A stretch of 64,000 bases of DNA from positions 23,309 to 87,308 of IMG/VR virus record IMGVR_UViG_3300034137_000032, one strand, 5' to 3'. Made by a program: the position numbers and the translations under genes. The notes under the pieces were generated by a model that worked only from the letters and a program-made list of their open reading frames with translations, had not been told where the DNA came from and searched no databases. The stretch is from a virus. Positions 47,039-56,005 of the stretch are shown in pieces (the first letter of the stretch is position 1; each line of letters starts with the position of its first letter).

Positions 47039-48580
47039 CTACGCCAGGTCGAGCCCGGCAAGGCTTGTCGTGATACGCGCGGCCGCCTGACCCACCGTCG
47101 CGGCCTCAGTGATCGGGATCGTGTCGCACTGCACGTAGGTGACGTCCTCCAGGAACGCCATGCACACGGTGTCGAACAAGTCGGGTGACGGGATGCCCTC
47201 GCGCTGCATTTCGTCTTTGCCTGCGATCTGCCACTTGCCGTTGTCGTCCATCTTGTAGGGAATACGGCTGCCTTGGTCGAGCAGATCGGGCAAATGCGCG
47301 TCGGTGAAGCTAACCCGACCGTCCTCGATCGCCTCCTTGGCGTGGATCGAGCATTGGGCGCGCTTGTTGTAAAAGCGCTCCCGGTACCGCTTCGAAAAGT
47401 TCTTGCCGCCCCACATAGAACGGATGACGTTGGACACGCCCATTTCTTCCAGGCGCTTGGCGAATTGGACGCCCATGCCGTGGGCATCGACCACCACGGT
47501 GCAGTTCGACAGCCGGGCGGTGTAGTCCGCGATCACGCGCGCCGCTGGCGTCCAGTCCATGCCGTTGCTGAAAATCGGGATGGCCACGCCCTCGATCCGT
47601 CGCGGCTCGGCCTCCATCCGGTCGCCGTTGCCGATGACTTTGAAATGGTAGGCCACGGTTTTGTCGCGGTGCGCCGCCGCAGCCACGTCCACCACCAGCA
47701 GGTTGCCGTAAAACTCGCCCGGCTTGATGACGGGCACCCTCGGATTGACGCAAGCCTCGATACTGTTGCGACCCAGCAGGTATTTGTCGCTGTTCGTGGG
47801 GAATATCCCCAGCACCTTGACCTGATATTCGGCCGAATTGCGGCCGCCGTACTCCAGGCGCTTGTCCAGGATGAACTGGACGCCCACGATCGGCGACTTT
47901 TCGCTGTTGAACAGCAGGGCATTCCAGCGCCCGCCAGCGCGCAAACTGAATTTGTGGTGCGTGTCGTAGAAAAAACCGCTCGGCCGGGTGGGCTGGCTGG
48001 CAATAGCGAATCGGTTACGGTTGTCGGACAGTGCGCCGGAAACGACCTGGAAGTTAGCCGTCGGGATACCCGACGCCTCGTCGGCCAGCCACAGCAAATA
48101 CTTGTTGTGGGTACCCGCCAGGGCTTCAGGCCGTCCCAGAGGCGCTGTCCGGCAGGACACGAACCACTGGGCCTTGTTGCCACGGATATACACGCGCTCG
48201 CTTTCGATGACGATATAGTCGGCAATCCAGGCGTGCGGCCCTTGCATGATCGCTTCGCGGGCGTTGGTGATCTCCTGCCACACGCCTTCCTGCAGCGTTT
48301 TGAGCTTGGGCGCTGTCAGGTAAGTGTTCGACTTCGCATAGCAGGCCAGGTGCCACAGGCAGATGATCCCGAAAGTGCGGGTCTTACCGGTGCCGTGTCC
48401 GGACGATACCGAGGTACGCGAGCCGAACGGCGACACGCTATTGAGCAGGTCGCGCTGCTGCCAGGTCGGCGGCTCAGGGAAGGCAGTGACCTCACAGGCG
48501 AAGCGGTAGGCGTCAAAGGCGTAGCGATCGGCGAAAGCTCGCCACCGAGGATCATCGACCAGCGAGAGGGTGGCGGCCAT
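47039..48580 (-). CDS. pacB: terminase large subunit (P1 PacB-like)
   Basis: SVSSGHGTGKT Walker A, LADEASG Walker B, SPDLFD nuclease motif. Confidence 0.93.
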   Translation of the reverse strand: MAATLSLVDDPRWRAFADRYAFDAYRFACEVTAFPEPPTWQQRDLLNSVSPFGSRTSVSSGHGTGKTRTFGIICLWHLACYAKSNTYLTAPKLKTLQEGVWQEITNAREAIMQGPHAWIADYIVIESERVYIRGNKAQWFVSCRTAPLGRPEALAGTHNKYLLWLADEASGIPTANFQVVSGALSDNRNRFAIASQPTRPSGFFYDTHHKFSLRAGGRWNALLFNSEKSPIVGVQFILDKRLEYGGRNSAEYQVKVLGIFPTNSDKYLLGRNSIEACVNPRVPVIKPGEFYGNLLVVDVAAAAHRDKTVAYHFKVIGNGDRMEAEPRRIEGVAIPIFSNGMDWTPAARVIADYTARLSNCTVVVDAHGMGVQFAKRLEEMGVSNVIRSMWGGKNFSKRYRERFYNKRAQCSIHAKEAIEDGRVSFTDAHLPDLLDQGSRIPYKMDDNGKWQIAGKDEMQREGIPSPDLFDTVCMAFLEDVTYVQCDTIPITEAATVGQAAARITTSLAGLDLA

Positions 48581-48645
48581 TATTGGCGCCCCACCGGTTG
48601 AACAAACAAGGACATGAACGAACCACAGGGAGACTATGGCTTGCC

Positions 48646-48688
48646 ACGATAGGCGGGTGGGCGTCACTGCCCGGCAGGAGGTTTCCGA
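48646..48688 (-). promoter_or_regulatory. putative late promoter
   Basis: atcGGAAA (48686-48682) -N30- TATCGT. Confidence 0.65.
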
Positions 48689-48824
48689 TGCCCGGCGTCG
48701 TGTGGGACGGGCTGCAACTCGATTGCGAGTAGGGTATGCAGAGGCAATACCCTATGCAGGGTATATACGGTATTACTTCAGAAACGAAAAAGGCGACCCT
48801 GGGCCGCCTTCCACATTCGTCGCG

Positions 48825-49037
48825 CTAAAAGCGCGCCGCCAACTTCGTGTGCTTCGACCCGGCGAGCGCGCCTTCTTGCTCCCCGCCCGAACCTTCTACA
48901 ATCCGCGCCAGTAGTCGTCGATCGGTCGCCGTGATCACGCGCGCTTTACGCAAGCTACGCACGTATACGGACGCGACGGTATCTTGCCCTTTGTGCTTTC
49001 CGGCTTTGCCTTTCTGGGTGGCTTTCAATCTGCCCAT
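48825..49037 (-). CDS. small basic protein
   Basis: 70 aa, adjacent to the upstream gene. Confidence 0.5.
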   Translation of the reverse strand: MGRLKATQKGKAGKHKGQDTVASVYVRSLRKARVITATDRRLLARIVEGSGGEQEGALAGSKHTKLAARF

Positions 49038-49039
49038 GG

Positions 49040-49276
49040 TTAAAGGTCCGTAGTTTCCAGCGGAGCGCCCAACTGCATCAGCCGACGGTTGCGGATCACC
49101 TTAATGTCGTCGCGTAGGTTCTGCGCCGTCGCCGAATCAGCGAACCCGACGTCAGCCATCGCGTCGATGTAGCCGATCGCATAGGCCGTTTGGGTTCGCA
49201 CCCGGACTGGATCGGTGGCGGTGCGGATGCCTTCGGACACGATCGCTATGTTTTTGGTCATCGAAGGGAGGGCCAT
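49040..49276 (-). CDS. hypothetical protein
   Basis: Start MALPSM with AAGGA RBS. Confidence 0.6.
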   Translation of the reverse strand: MALPSMTKNIAIVSEGIRTATDPVRVRTQTAYAIGYIDAMADVGFADSATAQNLRDDIKVIRNRRLMQLGAPLETTDL

Positions 49277-49373
49277 GAAATAACTTATTCCTTTGTCATA
49301 CGGTATATACGATATGCAGGAGGCATAAAGGGCATACGTTCCATAGCGTATGCCCTCCCCTGCCCTGCCCTGC

Positions 49374-49736
49374 TTAGGCGTTCCTGGCGTCGCCCGATTC
49401 CAGGTTGCCGTCACCATCGTGATAAGCGGCCTCCTGCCACACGATACGCTGCGGGCCTGCGGGCAGCGGCCCGGTTTGCACGTCGGCTCCTTGCGAGCCC
49501 ATGGTGATGACCACCTGTTCAAGCTGCTCGGCTGACAGGGTAAGCAGCGCGGCCATATAGAAATGCATGTGCATGCTGATTTCGCGGTTTGCCGAAGGGC
49601 TGGCGTACTTACTCCATTGCGAGCCTTTCCCCAGCCCGGCCAGATCGGCCATTTGCGGCCGGGTATAGCCAAGCTGTTCTTTCAGGCGCGCGAGGTCGTC
49701 GGACGTGGGCGCCCGGTAAGATGCGATTCGTTTCAT
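49374..49736 (-). CDS. XRE/KorC-like HTH regulator
   Basis: LARLKEQLGYTRPQMADLAGL...QWSKY. Confidence 0.75.
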   Translation of the reverse strand: MKRIASYRAPTSDDLARLKEQLGYTRPQMADLAGLGKGSQWSKYASPSANREISMHMHFYMAALLTLSAEQLEQVVITMGSQGADVQTGPLPAGPQRIVWQEAAYHDGDGNLESGDARNA

Positions 49737-49777
49737 AGGGATATACCGAAGCCCCCGACGATGCGGGGGCGCTAGCG

Positions 49778-49960
49778 TTAAGGCTGGAGGAAGTAGTGCA
49801 GGACGGTGACGCCGATGGCCAGGTAAACCGTGAATGGGACCACGCCCAGGGCTTTGACCTTCGCTTTGAACGTGTTCCGCTTACGATCGTCCGCTTGCTG
49901 CTCGGCGAGCCATCGATCGGTTTCTTCCAGGAACTGCTCAGTTTGCTTGCTGATAGCCAT
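49778..49960 (-). CDS. small protein with a C-terminal TM helix
   Basis: 60 aa, GAGG RBS. Confidence 0.6.
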   Translation of the reverse strand: MAISKQTEQFLEETDRWLAEQQADDRKRNTFKAKVKALGVVPFTVYLAIGVTVLHYFLQP

Positions 49961-50075
49961 GTTCTATCCTCGGTCGGGCAAGCCTATTGCCGCCCTGTTA
50001 TGCAACTGTATGCCCGTTTTAGGCCTGATTCAAACTTTCCCGCTAGAAGGCCCCGGATCACCGGGGCTTTCTGCT

Positions 50076-50282
50076 CTAAGGCTTGTGAAACCATGCAGCG
50101 TAAGCGGTGACTGCTGCTGCTGAAACGAATATAGGGTAAAGCCATGATTCTCGTTTTAACTTGCTGGCTTCTGCTTTGAGCTTGATCGTTTCGGCCTTTA
50201 GCTTTTCGATCTCTGCCAGCTTTTTGCGGTTCTCGATAAGGATTCCTTCAAGCTCCGCGTTTGGTCTGTCCTCTATGTGCAT
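50076..50282 (-). CDS. small coiled-coil protein with a C-terminal TM helix
   Basis: AEIEKLKAETIKLKAE...WLYP; GAGGAG RBS before GTG/ATG. Confidence 0.6.
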   Translation of the reverse strand: MHIEDRPNAELEGILIENRKKLAEIEKLKAETIKLKAEASKLKRESWLYPIFVSAAAVTAYAAWFHKP

Positions 50283-50421
50283 CTCTGCTCCTCGGTGTCG
50301 GGCGATGCCTTGTGCCTCCCCCTTGATGCGCATTATGGACCCCTAAGGGGTCGCCGTCAACCGTTTCGTATATACTTTATGCAGAGTATTCAACATGCAT
50401 AGCGTATGCGTCTTAAATACT

Positions 50422-50811
50422 TTATGTCGGTTTGCTTGCGCCCTGCCCGGCTGCGAGCGCTTGCCGTACTGCTGCAACCCGATTGCGAGCTACCGACAAT
50501 CGTAGTGCAGATCCGCGCAGCTTGATCATATAGCCGCCTTTGCTCGCATACCCAGTCTCGATGCAGCTGCGGCGCACCAGCGTACTGCGGTGCACCCGCA
50601 CGAACTCATCCCCCAGCGTTTGCTCGAAGTGCTCCAGCGAGCCCAGCCGGTTATCAAGCATCACGTCAGCGGCCGAGTTACACGCATACAGGTATTTATG
50701 CTGTGAGCGAAAGTGCGTCACATCAGCCATGAGCACCTTGCGAATGACGCGGCCGCCATGGGTCTCCTCGAAGATTTCAGGCAGTGTTTTGCTTGGTGAA
50801 CTGGTAAGCAT
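50422..50811 (-). CDS. stand-alone LytTR DNA-binding domain protein
   Basis: FVRVHRSTLV...LSVARNR. Confidence 0.8.
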   Translation of the reverse strand: MLTSSPSKTLPEIFEETHGGRVIRKVLMADVTHFRSQHKYLYACNSAADVMLDNRLGSLEHFEQTLGDEFVRVHRSTLVRRSCIETGYASKGGYMIKLRGSALRLSVARNRVAAVRQALAAGQGASKPT

Positions 50812-50849
50812 AAGTTTATCTCCGGGCTCGGGGCTGCTATCCTTCGGCG

Positions 50850-50914
50850 CATACCGTATATACGTTATATCGGGCATATCGGTTATATACCGCGCATACA
50901 GCGCATACCTTATG
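50850..50914. repeat. centromere-like repeat cluster upstream of parA
   Basis: YATA-N3-TATR palindromes and CATA half-sites at 9-bp spacing. Confidence 0.65.
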
Positions 50915-50933
50915 AACATTGGGGGTTGGTGAA

Positions 50934-51629
50934 ATGGAACTGTCGTCTGTAATGGCCGCGATCCAGAAGGCTTTGGCCGGGGATCAATTCATCATCGTGC
51001 TGGGCGGCGAAAAGGGCGGTCCTGGAAAAAGTTGCTTGGCGCAGAACCTGGCCGTATGCCTGAAGCTTGCCGGTGCTGACATACTCCTGATCGACGCCGA
51101 CCCACAGGCGACCTCGTATGACTGGGCGCATGAGCGTGACGCTCTGGGCAAGCTGGTATCGATCCCGCACGAGAAGGCCCACGGCGACATCAGCGCCACG
51201 ATCAAAGACAAGGCGAAGCGGTACCAGCACATAATCATCGACTGCGGCGGTGCGGACTCCCAGGCGCTGCGCTCGGCCATGACCATGGCCACGCACTTGC
51301 TGTTGCCGTTCCGTCCGAAGCGTCGCGACTTGCGTACGCTGGAAAAGGTCGAGGCCCTCGTGCGACTGGCAGCGTCGTCCAATCCCGACCTGATCATTCG
51401 CACCATCATTACCCAGTGCCCGACACTACCGAGCCAGGTGCAGCGAATCGTCGATGCTAAGGACGCGAGCGCGTCGTTTGAGCTGCAGCCGCTGCAAGCC
51501 GTCACGTTCACCCGCAACGTGTACGACGATGCTGAGGAGGACGGTTCGTCGGTAATGGAACACGGCACCGATCCGAAGGCAGTGGAAGAAATCCAGGCGA
51601 TCGCCATTGAACTCCTGGAGGCGAAGTAA
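50934..51629 (+). CDS. parA: ParA Walker-type partition ATPase (type Ib)
   Basis: KGGPGKS, IDADPQ, IIDCGG; no N-terminal HTH. Confidence 0.93.
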   Translation: MELSSVMAAIQKALAGDQFIIVLGGEKGGPGKSCLAQNLAVCLKLAGADILLIDADPQATSYDWAHERDALGKLVSIPHEKAHGDISATIKDKAKRYQHIIIDCGGADSQALRSAMTMATHLLLPFRPKRRDLRTLEKVEALVRLAASSNPDLIIRTIITQCPTLPSQVQRIVDAKDASASFELQPLQAVTFTRNVYDDAEEDGSSVMEHGTDPKAVEEIQAIAIELLEAK

Positions 51630-51994
51630 TGGCCGGTCTCAAAGGCATGGGGCGCAAAGAGCCCATCAGCGAGGAGGATCGCGAGCGCCAACGTCTGGAA
51701 TTCATCGGCGGGGCTGCACTGCAGGCCGCCCCCGTCGATACGCCGAAGCCAGCACCCAAAGCTCGCAAGGCAAAGAAGGCGCCAGCCGTGCGGACCATCT
51801 TCTCGCTGACCGAGGACGTAAATAAGCAGATCGACAAGCTGTCGCTGCAGCCGCGCACATTCAAGGCCAGCCGGTCGGACGTGGTGAAGGCGGGCGTTCT
51901 CGCGCTGCAGGCCATGAGTAAAGCCGAGGTCGTGGCGCTCCTGGCAAAAGCTACAGGCGCCGATCCGGCCGAGGATTTGCAGAACGACGAATAA
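51629..51994 (+). CDS. parB: ribbon-helix-helix partition protein
   Basis: 121 aa coupled to parA; RTIFSL...SRSDVVKAG. Confidence 0.75.
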   Translation: MAGLKGMGRKEPISEEDRERQRLEFIGGAALQAAPVDTPKPAPKARKAKKAPAVRTIFSLTEDVNKQIDKLSLQPRTFKASRSDVVKAGVLALQAMSKAEVVALLAKATGADPAEDLQNDE

Positions 51995-52126
51995 CGTATA
52001 TACGTTATTGCTGCTGCATACCTTATATCGCGTCACAAACCTGCACCCCTTGTATCCGCTCAATACCTAACATAACCGGCATAACGTATATAACGTATGC
52101 TGGTTATGCTGCATGCATACGTTATT
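51990..52126. repeat. centromere-like repeat cluster downstream of parB
   Basis: At least six YATA-N3-TATR-like palindromes. Confidence 0.65.
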
Positions 52127-52293
52127 ACCGCTTCTATGCGTTCCGCAGATTGCGCGCCGCGCGCCGCTGGCGCTTTGAGTGGGCCGCGCTCATGCCGTCG
52201 TCGCTGCGCCCGCGATCAACCGTCTGCCGGGCTGATCTGTTCGTCACGCTATAACCAAATATCGGAGCGATACCCGCCAGCAAGCCACCCGCT

Positions 52294-53283
52294 TCAAGCC
52301 GCATCTTGATGTTTCTCATTGGCTGCCTGCGCTTTCTTGTCTGCCTTGGCCTGCTGATCGGCCCGCACAGCGTCAAGTTCCTCCTGGACGGCTAACAGCT
52401 CGTTGAGCAGGCGCACGTCGAGCGTCACCGTCTGGTAGACGTCACTGCCTTGGCGGAACGCCTGGATGGCTTCACGAGCGGAGGAGGGGAGGGCGTCGCG
52501 CAGCTTTACTGCCACGGCGCTCAGGTTGTCGGCCAGGTTGCGAGGGATAGGACGGCCCTGCAGCGTGTTCTTTGTGATTGCCTTTTTACCTGCAGCCTTG
52601 GCCTTCTCGACCTCTTGTGCCAGCGCCTGGGGAGCGTCATCGCCGTGCTTGATCAGCATCTGCGCGGCAACGTTGGCGGTCACTTCACCATTGAGCACCG
52701 CTTCGCGGATCTCGGGCGGCGCGTCAGCCACCTTTAGAAGTCGTTCCACGTACTGGCGCGAGCATCCGGCCAGCTCGGCGATCTGCGTCGTCGTGAGAGG
52801 CTTCCCCTCAATGAAAAACTGAGGGTCATCGCGCAGATCCTGCAGCGTCAAAGCTCGATCATAGGGCGAGGTCTGCAGCTGGTTATTCGAAGAGATGGTG
52901 AATGCTTTCGCCTGAGCTGCGGTGCCAATGAATGGAGCGATCGGAATCCACTCGGCCGGGTGCCCCTCCAAGGCCGACAGATCGTAGCCGCCCAAACGGC
53001 AATGTCCGTCGCGCATCAGTACGCCACCGTCTTCGCGCACCGACACGAACAGCGCAGGTATGCGCGTGTCCTTGTCGCCGTTCTTAACCTCCTTTGTGAT
53101 CGCGTTGGCCAGGCGACGGATGTGATCAGTCAGCTCCTGGCTCGGGCTGCGGCGGTTGAAGCCCGGCTCGACGTGAATATTCTTGCGACGGATGAACATG
53201 CCCGCATCCGTGCGCTTGATGGTCGGCTCGATACCGGCATCTTTGTTGCCGTCGCGGGTGAGGTCGCGGAATGTTTTGGCCAT
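52294..53283 (-). CDS. ParB/Srx-like domain HTH protein
   Basis: PGFNRR, RDGHCR, QIAELAGCSRQYV HTH. Confidence 0.8.
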   Translation of the reverse strand: MAKTFRDLTRDGNKDAGIEPTIKRTDAGMFIRRKNIHVEPGFNRRSPSQELTDHIRRLANAITKEVKNGDKDTRIPALFVSVREDGGVLMRDGHCRLGGYDLSALEGHPAEWIPIAPFIGTAAQAKAFTISSNNQLQTSPYDRALTLQDLRDDPQFFIEGKPLTTTQIAELAGCSRQYVERLLKVADAPPEIREAVLNGEVTANVAAQMLIKHGDDAPQALAQEVEKAKAAGKKAITKNTLQGRPIPRNLADNLSAVAVKLRDALPSSAREAIQAFRQGSDVYQTVTLDVRLLNELLAVQEELDAVRADQQAKADKKAQAANEKHQDAA

Positions 53284-53313
53284 GGTGGTCAGTCCTGGAA
53301 AAAAGGGGAGGGG

Positions 53314-53577
53314 TTAGGCTGCAGCGGCGTCTTCAGAACGCTGGCGGGCCAGTTCGGCCACGTACCAGGTGTGAGCGCCCTGCCAAGTCCGGCGAACGGC
53401 TTCGCGGCGCTGCTCCTCACGCTGGGCAAGCTCGCCTTTGACGCGGTCGGCGAATGTGTTCCAGCCGCTGCGCACAACGATGTTCAAGGTCTTTATCAGC
53501 TCTGCAGTGCTGGCCTGGGTGATGGTCTTTTCCATCCACTGATCGGTCACTGCGTCGTTAAGAATTACTGGAATCAT
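53314..53577 (-). CDS. hypothetical protein
   Basis: 87 aa, GGAG RBS. Confidence 0.6.
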   Translation of the reverse strand: MIPVILNDAVTDQWMEKTITQASTAELIKTLNIVVRSGWNTFADRVKGELAQREEQRREAVRRTWQGAHTWYVAELARQRSEDAAAA

Positions 53578-53657
53578 GGCTGTGCTCTCCGGCTGGGTTC
53601 ACGGCCGAAGCCCCCAATTAAGGGGGAGCGTCGAAAAGTGGAGATAGGTGGAAGCGG

Positions 53658-53840
53658 TCAGTCTTCGATGCGGACATCTGCGCTACGCATTTGCGCGAGA
53701 CCCCAGCACTCGCCATACCAGAGCGCGCTAGTGGCAGCGTCTTGTGCATCTTTGTGCAGGCCTTCAATCTGGCGGCATACGAAAGATTCGCGGATGTTGG
53801 TGTTCAGGTTATAGGCGGTGAACATGACTTGAACGATCAT
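53658..53840 (-). CDS. hypothetical protein
   Basis: 60 aa, GGAGG RBS, first gene after an early promoter. Confidence 0.6.
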   Translation of the reverse strand: MIVQVMFTAYNLNTNIRESFVCRQIEGLHKDAQDAATSALWYGECWGLAQMRSADVRIED

Positions 53841-53871
53841 CGTGGTGCCCTCCAGGGCGTCGCGTATTCGA

Positions 53872-53940
53872 TTAGCAGAGAGTAAGGATCAAGCAACCTA
53901 ATTGCAAGCATCAAGTTGTCACAACATTACTATTTGCTAA
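53872..53940 (-). promoter_or_regulatory. sigma70 early promoter with three operators
   Basis: TTGCAA-N17-TACTCT; operators at 53872, 53905 and 53926. Confidence 0.7.
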
Positions 53941-53943
53941 GCG

Positions 53944-54375
53944 TCACGCCACGGCGCTCATCCCGAGGGTAGAGGAGGGCACGCTGACCAGGTCACCACG
54001 CGCGTTCGCCACGACGGCACGGCACACGGCCTGCAGTTTGGTGGCACCGAATGCGGGCTTGCCATTGACGCCGACTGCCAGGTACAGGGCGCCCGATTCG
54101 TTCCACAGCTCGCCCGGGTTAGCAGGGTCTCGCAGCCAGCGGATGTAGTGCTCGACCAGCTCGCCGCCATGCGCCCAGCGCTTTGACGGGCAGAACGGTG
54201 AATCAGGTTCGAGCCAATGGGGAGGGTTGCAGAGCCCGAACCATGCCGGGCTGCTACAGAAAAGGGGATGTTCAAGGGTGGGCTGAAAGCCCAGGACTTC
54301 GGCAACGGCCCAATCGAGCGCCATGCCGCTCAGGTCTACGAGACGAACTTCAACGGTTCGGGGTGGTTGTGCCAT
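53944..54375 (-). CDS. NinX/DUF2591-like phage protein
   Basis: LSGMALDWAVA...PSKRWAHGG...G.TKLQAVCRA. Confidence 0.75.
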   Translation of the reverse strand: MAQPPRTVEVRLVDLSGMALDWAVAEVLGFQPTLEHPLFCSSPAWFGLCNPPHWLEPDSPFCPSKRWAHGGELVEHYIRWLRDPANPGELWNESGALYLAVGVNGKPAFGATKLQAVCRAVVANARGDLVSVPSSTLGMSAVA

Positions 54376-54965
54376 GGGGTAACGCCTGCACCTGGGCCAG
54401 CGGTTCCGTCAATCCTAGCCGATCCTGGGGCCGGTGAGGACGCCGCAGGCTCGTCTCCTGCTCGTTGCAGAGCCTTTGCAGCCTTGGCGTGGCCTACGCA
54501 TACCTTGGTGGGGTTGCCGTCATCATCGACTTCCGCATGACAGAGAAAACCACGGGGATCGCACAGCTGGTATTCGGCGTCACTGGTGGCGTCGGGCGAC
54601 TGGTTGGCCACCGACCCTATGCGGTACGCGCAGCCATAGCACGCCCCCGCAGGATCATCACAGTGACCGGCCAGCATCACGCCTTGGCACGCACCAATGA
54701 TGGTGGGCAAGTTGATGCTCTCTACCCGATCGGGGTGCGCGTCGTATTCGCTTACGAGCACCGTGTCGGTCATCTCCTTACAGTTTTCAGTGACCGAGCA
54801 GGCCATACCCATGAACTGGGCGAACAATTCGACCAGCTTGGCTTGGCCGTAGGTGGCGGCATAGTGGGTCATCATCATCACCCGATCGGGGAGCTGCATC
54901 TGCGCCCAGCCGGATAAATCGGACGCCTGCTGCGGCGTCATGTCGTAATCGGTTTTAGCGGTCAT
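54336..54965 (-). CDS. hypothetical protein with a Cys/His cluster
   Basis: CYGCAYRIGSVANQ...FLCH...CVGH. Confidence 0.7.
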   Translation of the reverse strand: MTAKTDYDMTPQQASDLSGWAQMQLPDRVMMMTHYAATYGQAKLVELFAQFMGMACSVTENCKEMTDTVLVSEYDAHPDRVESINLPTIIGACQGVMLAGHCDDPAGACYGCAYRIGSVANQSPDATSDAEYQLCDPRGFLCHAEVDDDGNPTKVCVGHAKAAKALQRAGDEPAASSPAPGSARIDGTAGPGAGVTPWHNHPEPLKFVS

Positions 54966-55023
54966 GGTTGGGTGTCAGTAGGGGAGGGGAGACCAGCGCC
55001 GCAGCGCTAGCCAGGGGCAGAAA

Positions 55024-55323
55024 TTACACGGGCAGGGGCTCGGGTACCGCGACAGGCGCTGGAATCGCTGGCTGGTGCTGCAAGGCTTCGGCAGCCGTGG
55101 CAGGTAGTTCGACGCCATTGGCTGCCGCGGCAGCCTGGGCGTTCCGCATCATCTGGCGGCCCTGGGCGTCACGTTCGATATAGGTCCCCATCAGGTAGTT
55201 CGCCGACTCACGAATGCAGTGCTCGCAGATGGCGGCACCGTTTTCCTTGTTGCTGATCATCAGGCCGCAGTCAGTCTCAGCGCGTCCGCAGAAATCACAG
55301 CTCAGGATGGTGGTTTTGCTCAC
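55024..55323 (-). CDS. ClpX C4-type zinc-finger protein
   Basis: CDFCGR...AAICEHCI. Confidence 0.8.
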   Translation of the reverse strand: MSKTTILSCDFCGRAETDCGLMISNKENGAAICEHCIRESANYLMGTYIERDAQGRQMMRNAQAAAAANGVELPATAAEALQHQPAIPAPVAVPEPLPV

Positions 55324-55366
55324 AGGTAAATCTCCGATCGGTGGGGTGGCCAGGTGGCCAAGAAAA

Positions 55367-56005
55367 TCATGGGCAGTTGTTGGTGCCGCAGTTTGTGCAG
55401 TCGCGTAAGTACCGGCCGGTACCAGACACGTAACGCCCGCAACCTTCGCAGTTGAAAACGTCCGGCTTGCGCCTGCAATGGCGGGGCTGGGCCAGGCTGA
55501 TACCGGCGCGAGCGATAGCCTGGCGGCGCACAGCGGTGATCGCGCAAACCCGACGCACCTTGCTGTTGAGGTATTCGAGAGGCCAGATCACCCGGCGAGT
55601 CCCTTCCCCATCGCTTAGCACGTCCTCGGCCTGGGCCAGGGGCGCTTTCCAGCACCGGTTGAAATCGTAGGTGCGCTCGGCGCCCCAGCCGCTGAATAGG
55701 ATGTCGTTACCGTTCCAGTGCCCAGTTACCTGGATCGTGCACTTAGCGCCCGGCAGGAGCAGCGACGAGGCGTCCTGCTGGCTGATGTCTTGGTGGTCCA
55801 CAGATACCTCGTGCCGCGCCTCGATGTAGCTGACGGGCCAGGGGATGTCGGTTTCGCGGGACTGGTTCTTACGCACCGCCTGGCCGCTGGTGAAGCGCTG
55901 GGCTCGGCCGAGGTCCGTGGTGTATCCGGCGCCGCCCTTTGCCCAAAACATCATGCGGTCGCCCACACAGCTGCGGCTGTCCTGCAAGTAATACATATCC
56001 ATCAT
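55367..56005 (-). CDS. phage protein with duplicated domain and C-terminal zinc ribbon
   Basis: YLQDSRS.VGD...YTTDL; CEGCG...CTNCG. Confidence 0.7.
   Translation of the reverse strand: MMDMYYLQDSRSCVGDRMMFWAKGGAGYTTDLGRAQRFTSGQAVRKNQSRETDIPWPVSYIEARHEVSVDHQDISQQDASSLLLPGAKCTIQVTGHWNGNDILFSGWGAERTYDFNRCWKAPLAQAEDVLSDGEGTRRVIWPLEYLNSKVRRVCAITAVRRQAIARAGISLAQPRHCRRKPDVFNCEGCGRYVSGTGRYLRDCTNCGTNNCP

Noticed and set aside
46047-47057. CAGGTCGAG(G/C)CCG repeated on each side of the DUF4157-like gene
   Set aside because: Short GC-rich match that could be chance; not enough to call a target duplication
50405-52090. Other TTATGT/ACATAA dif-like half-sites (18924, 50422, 52069)
   Set aside because: No partner arm at 6-bp spacing; the latter two lie in or beside the centromere-like repeats
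55320-55370. 16-aa minigene bridging two ORFs
   Set aside because: May be incidental; the downstream gene has its own GGAG RBS
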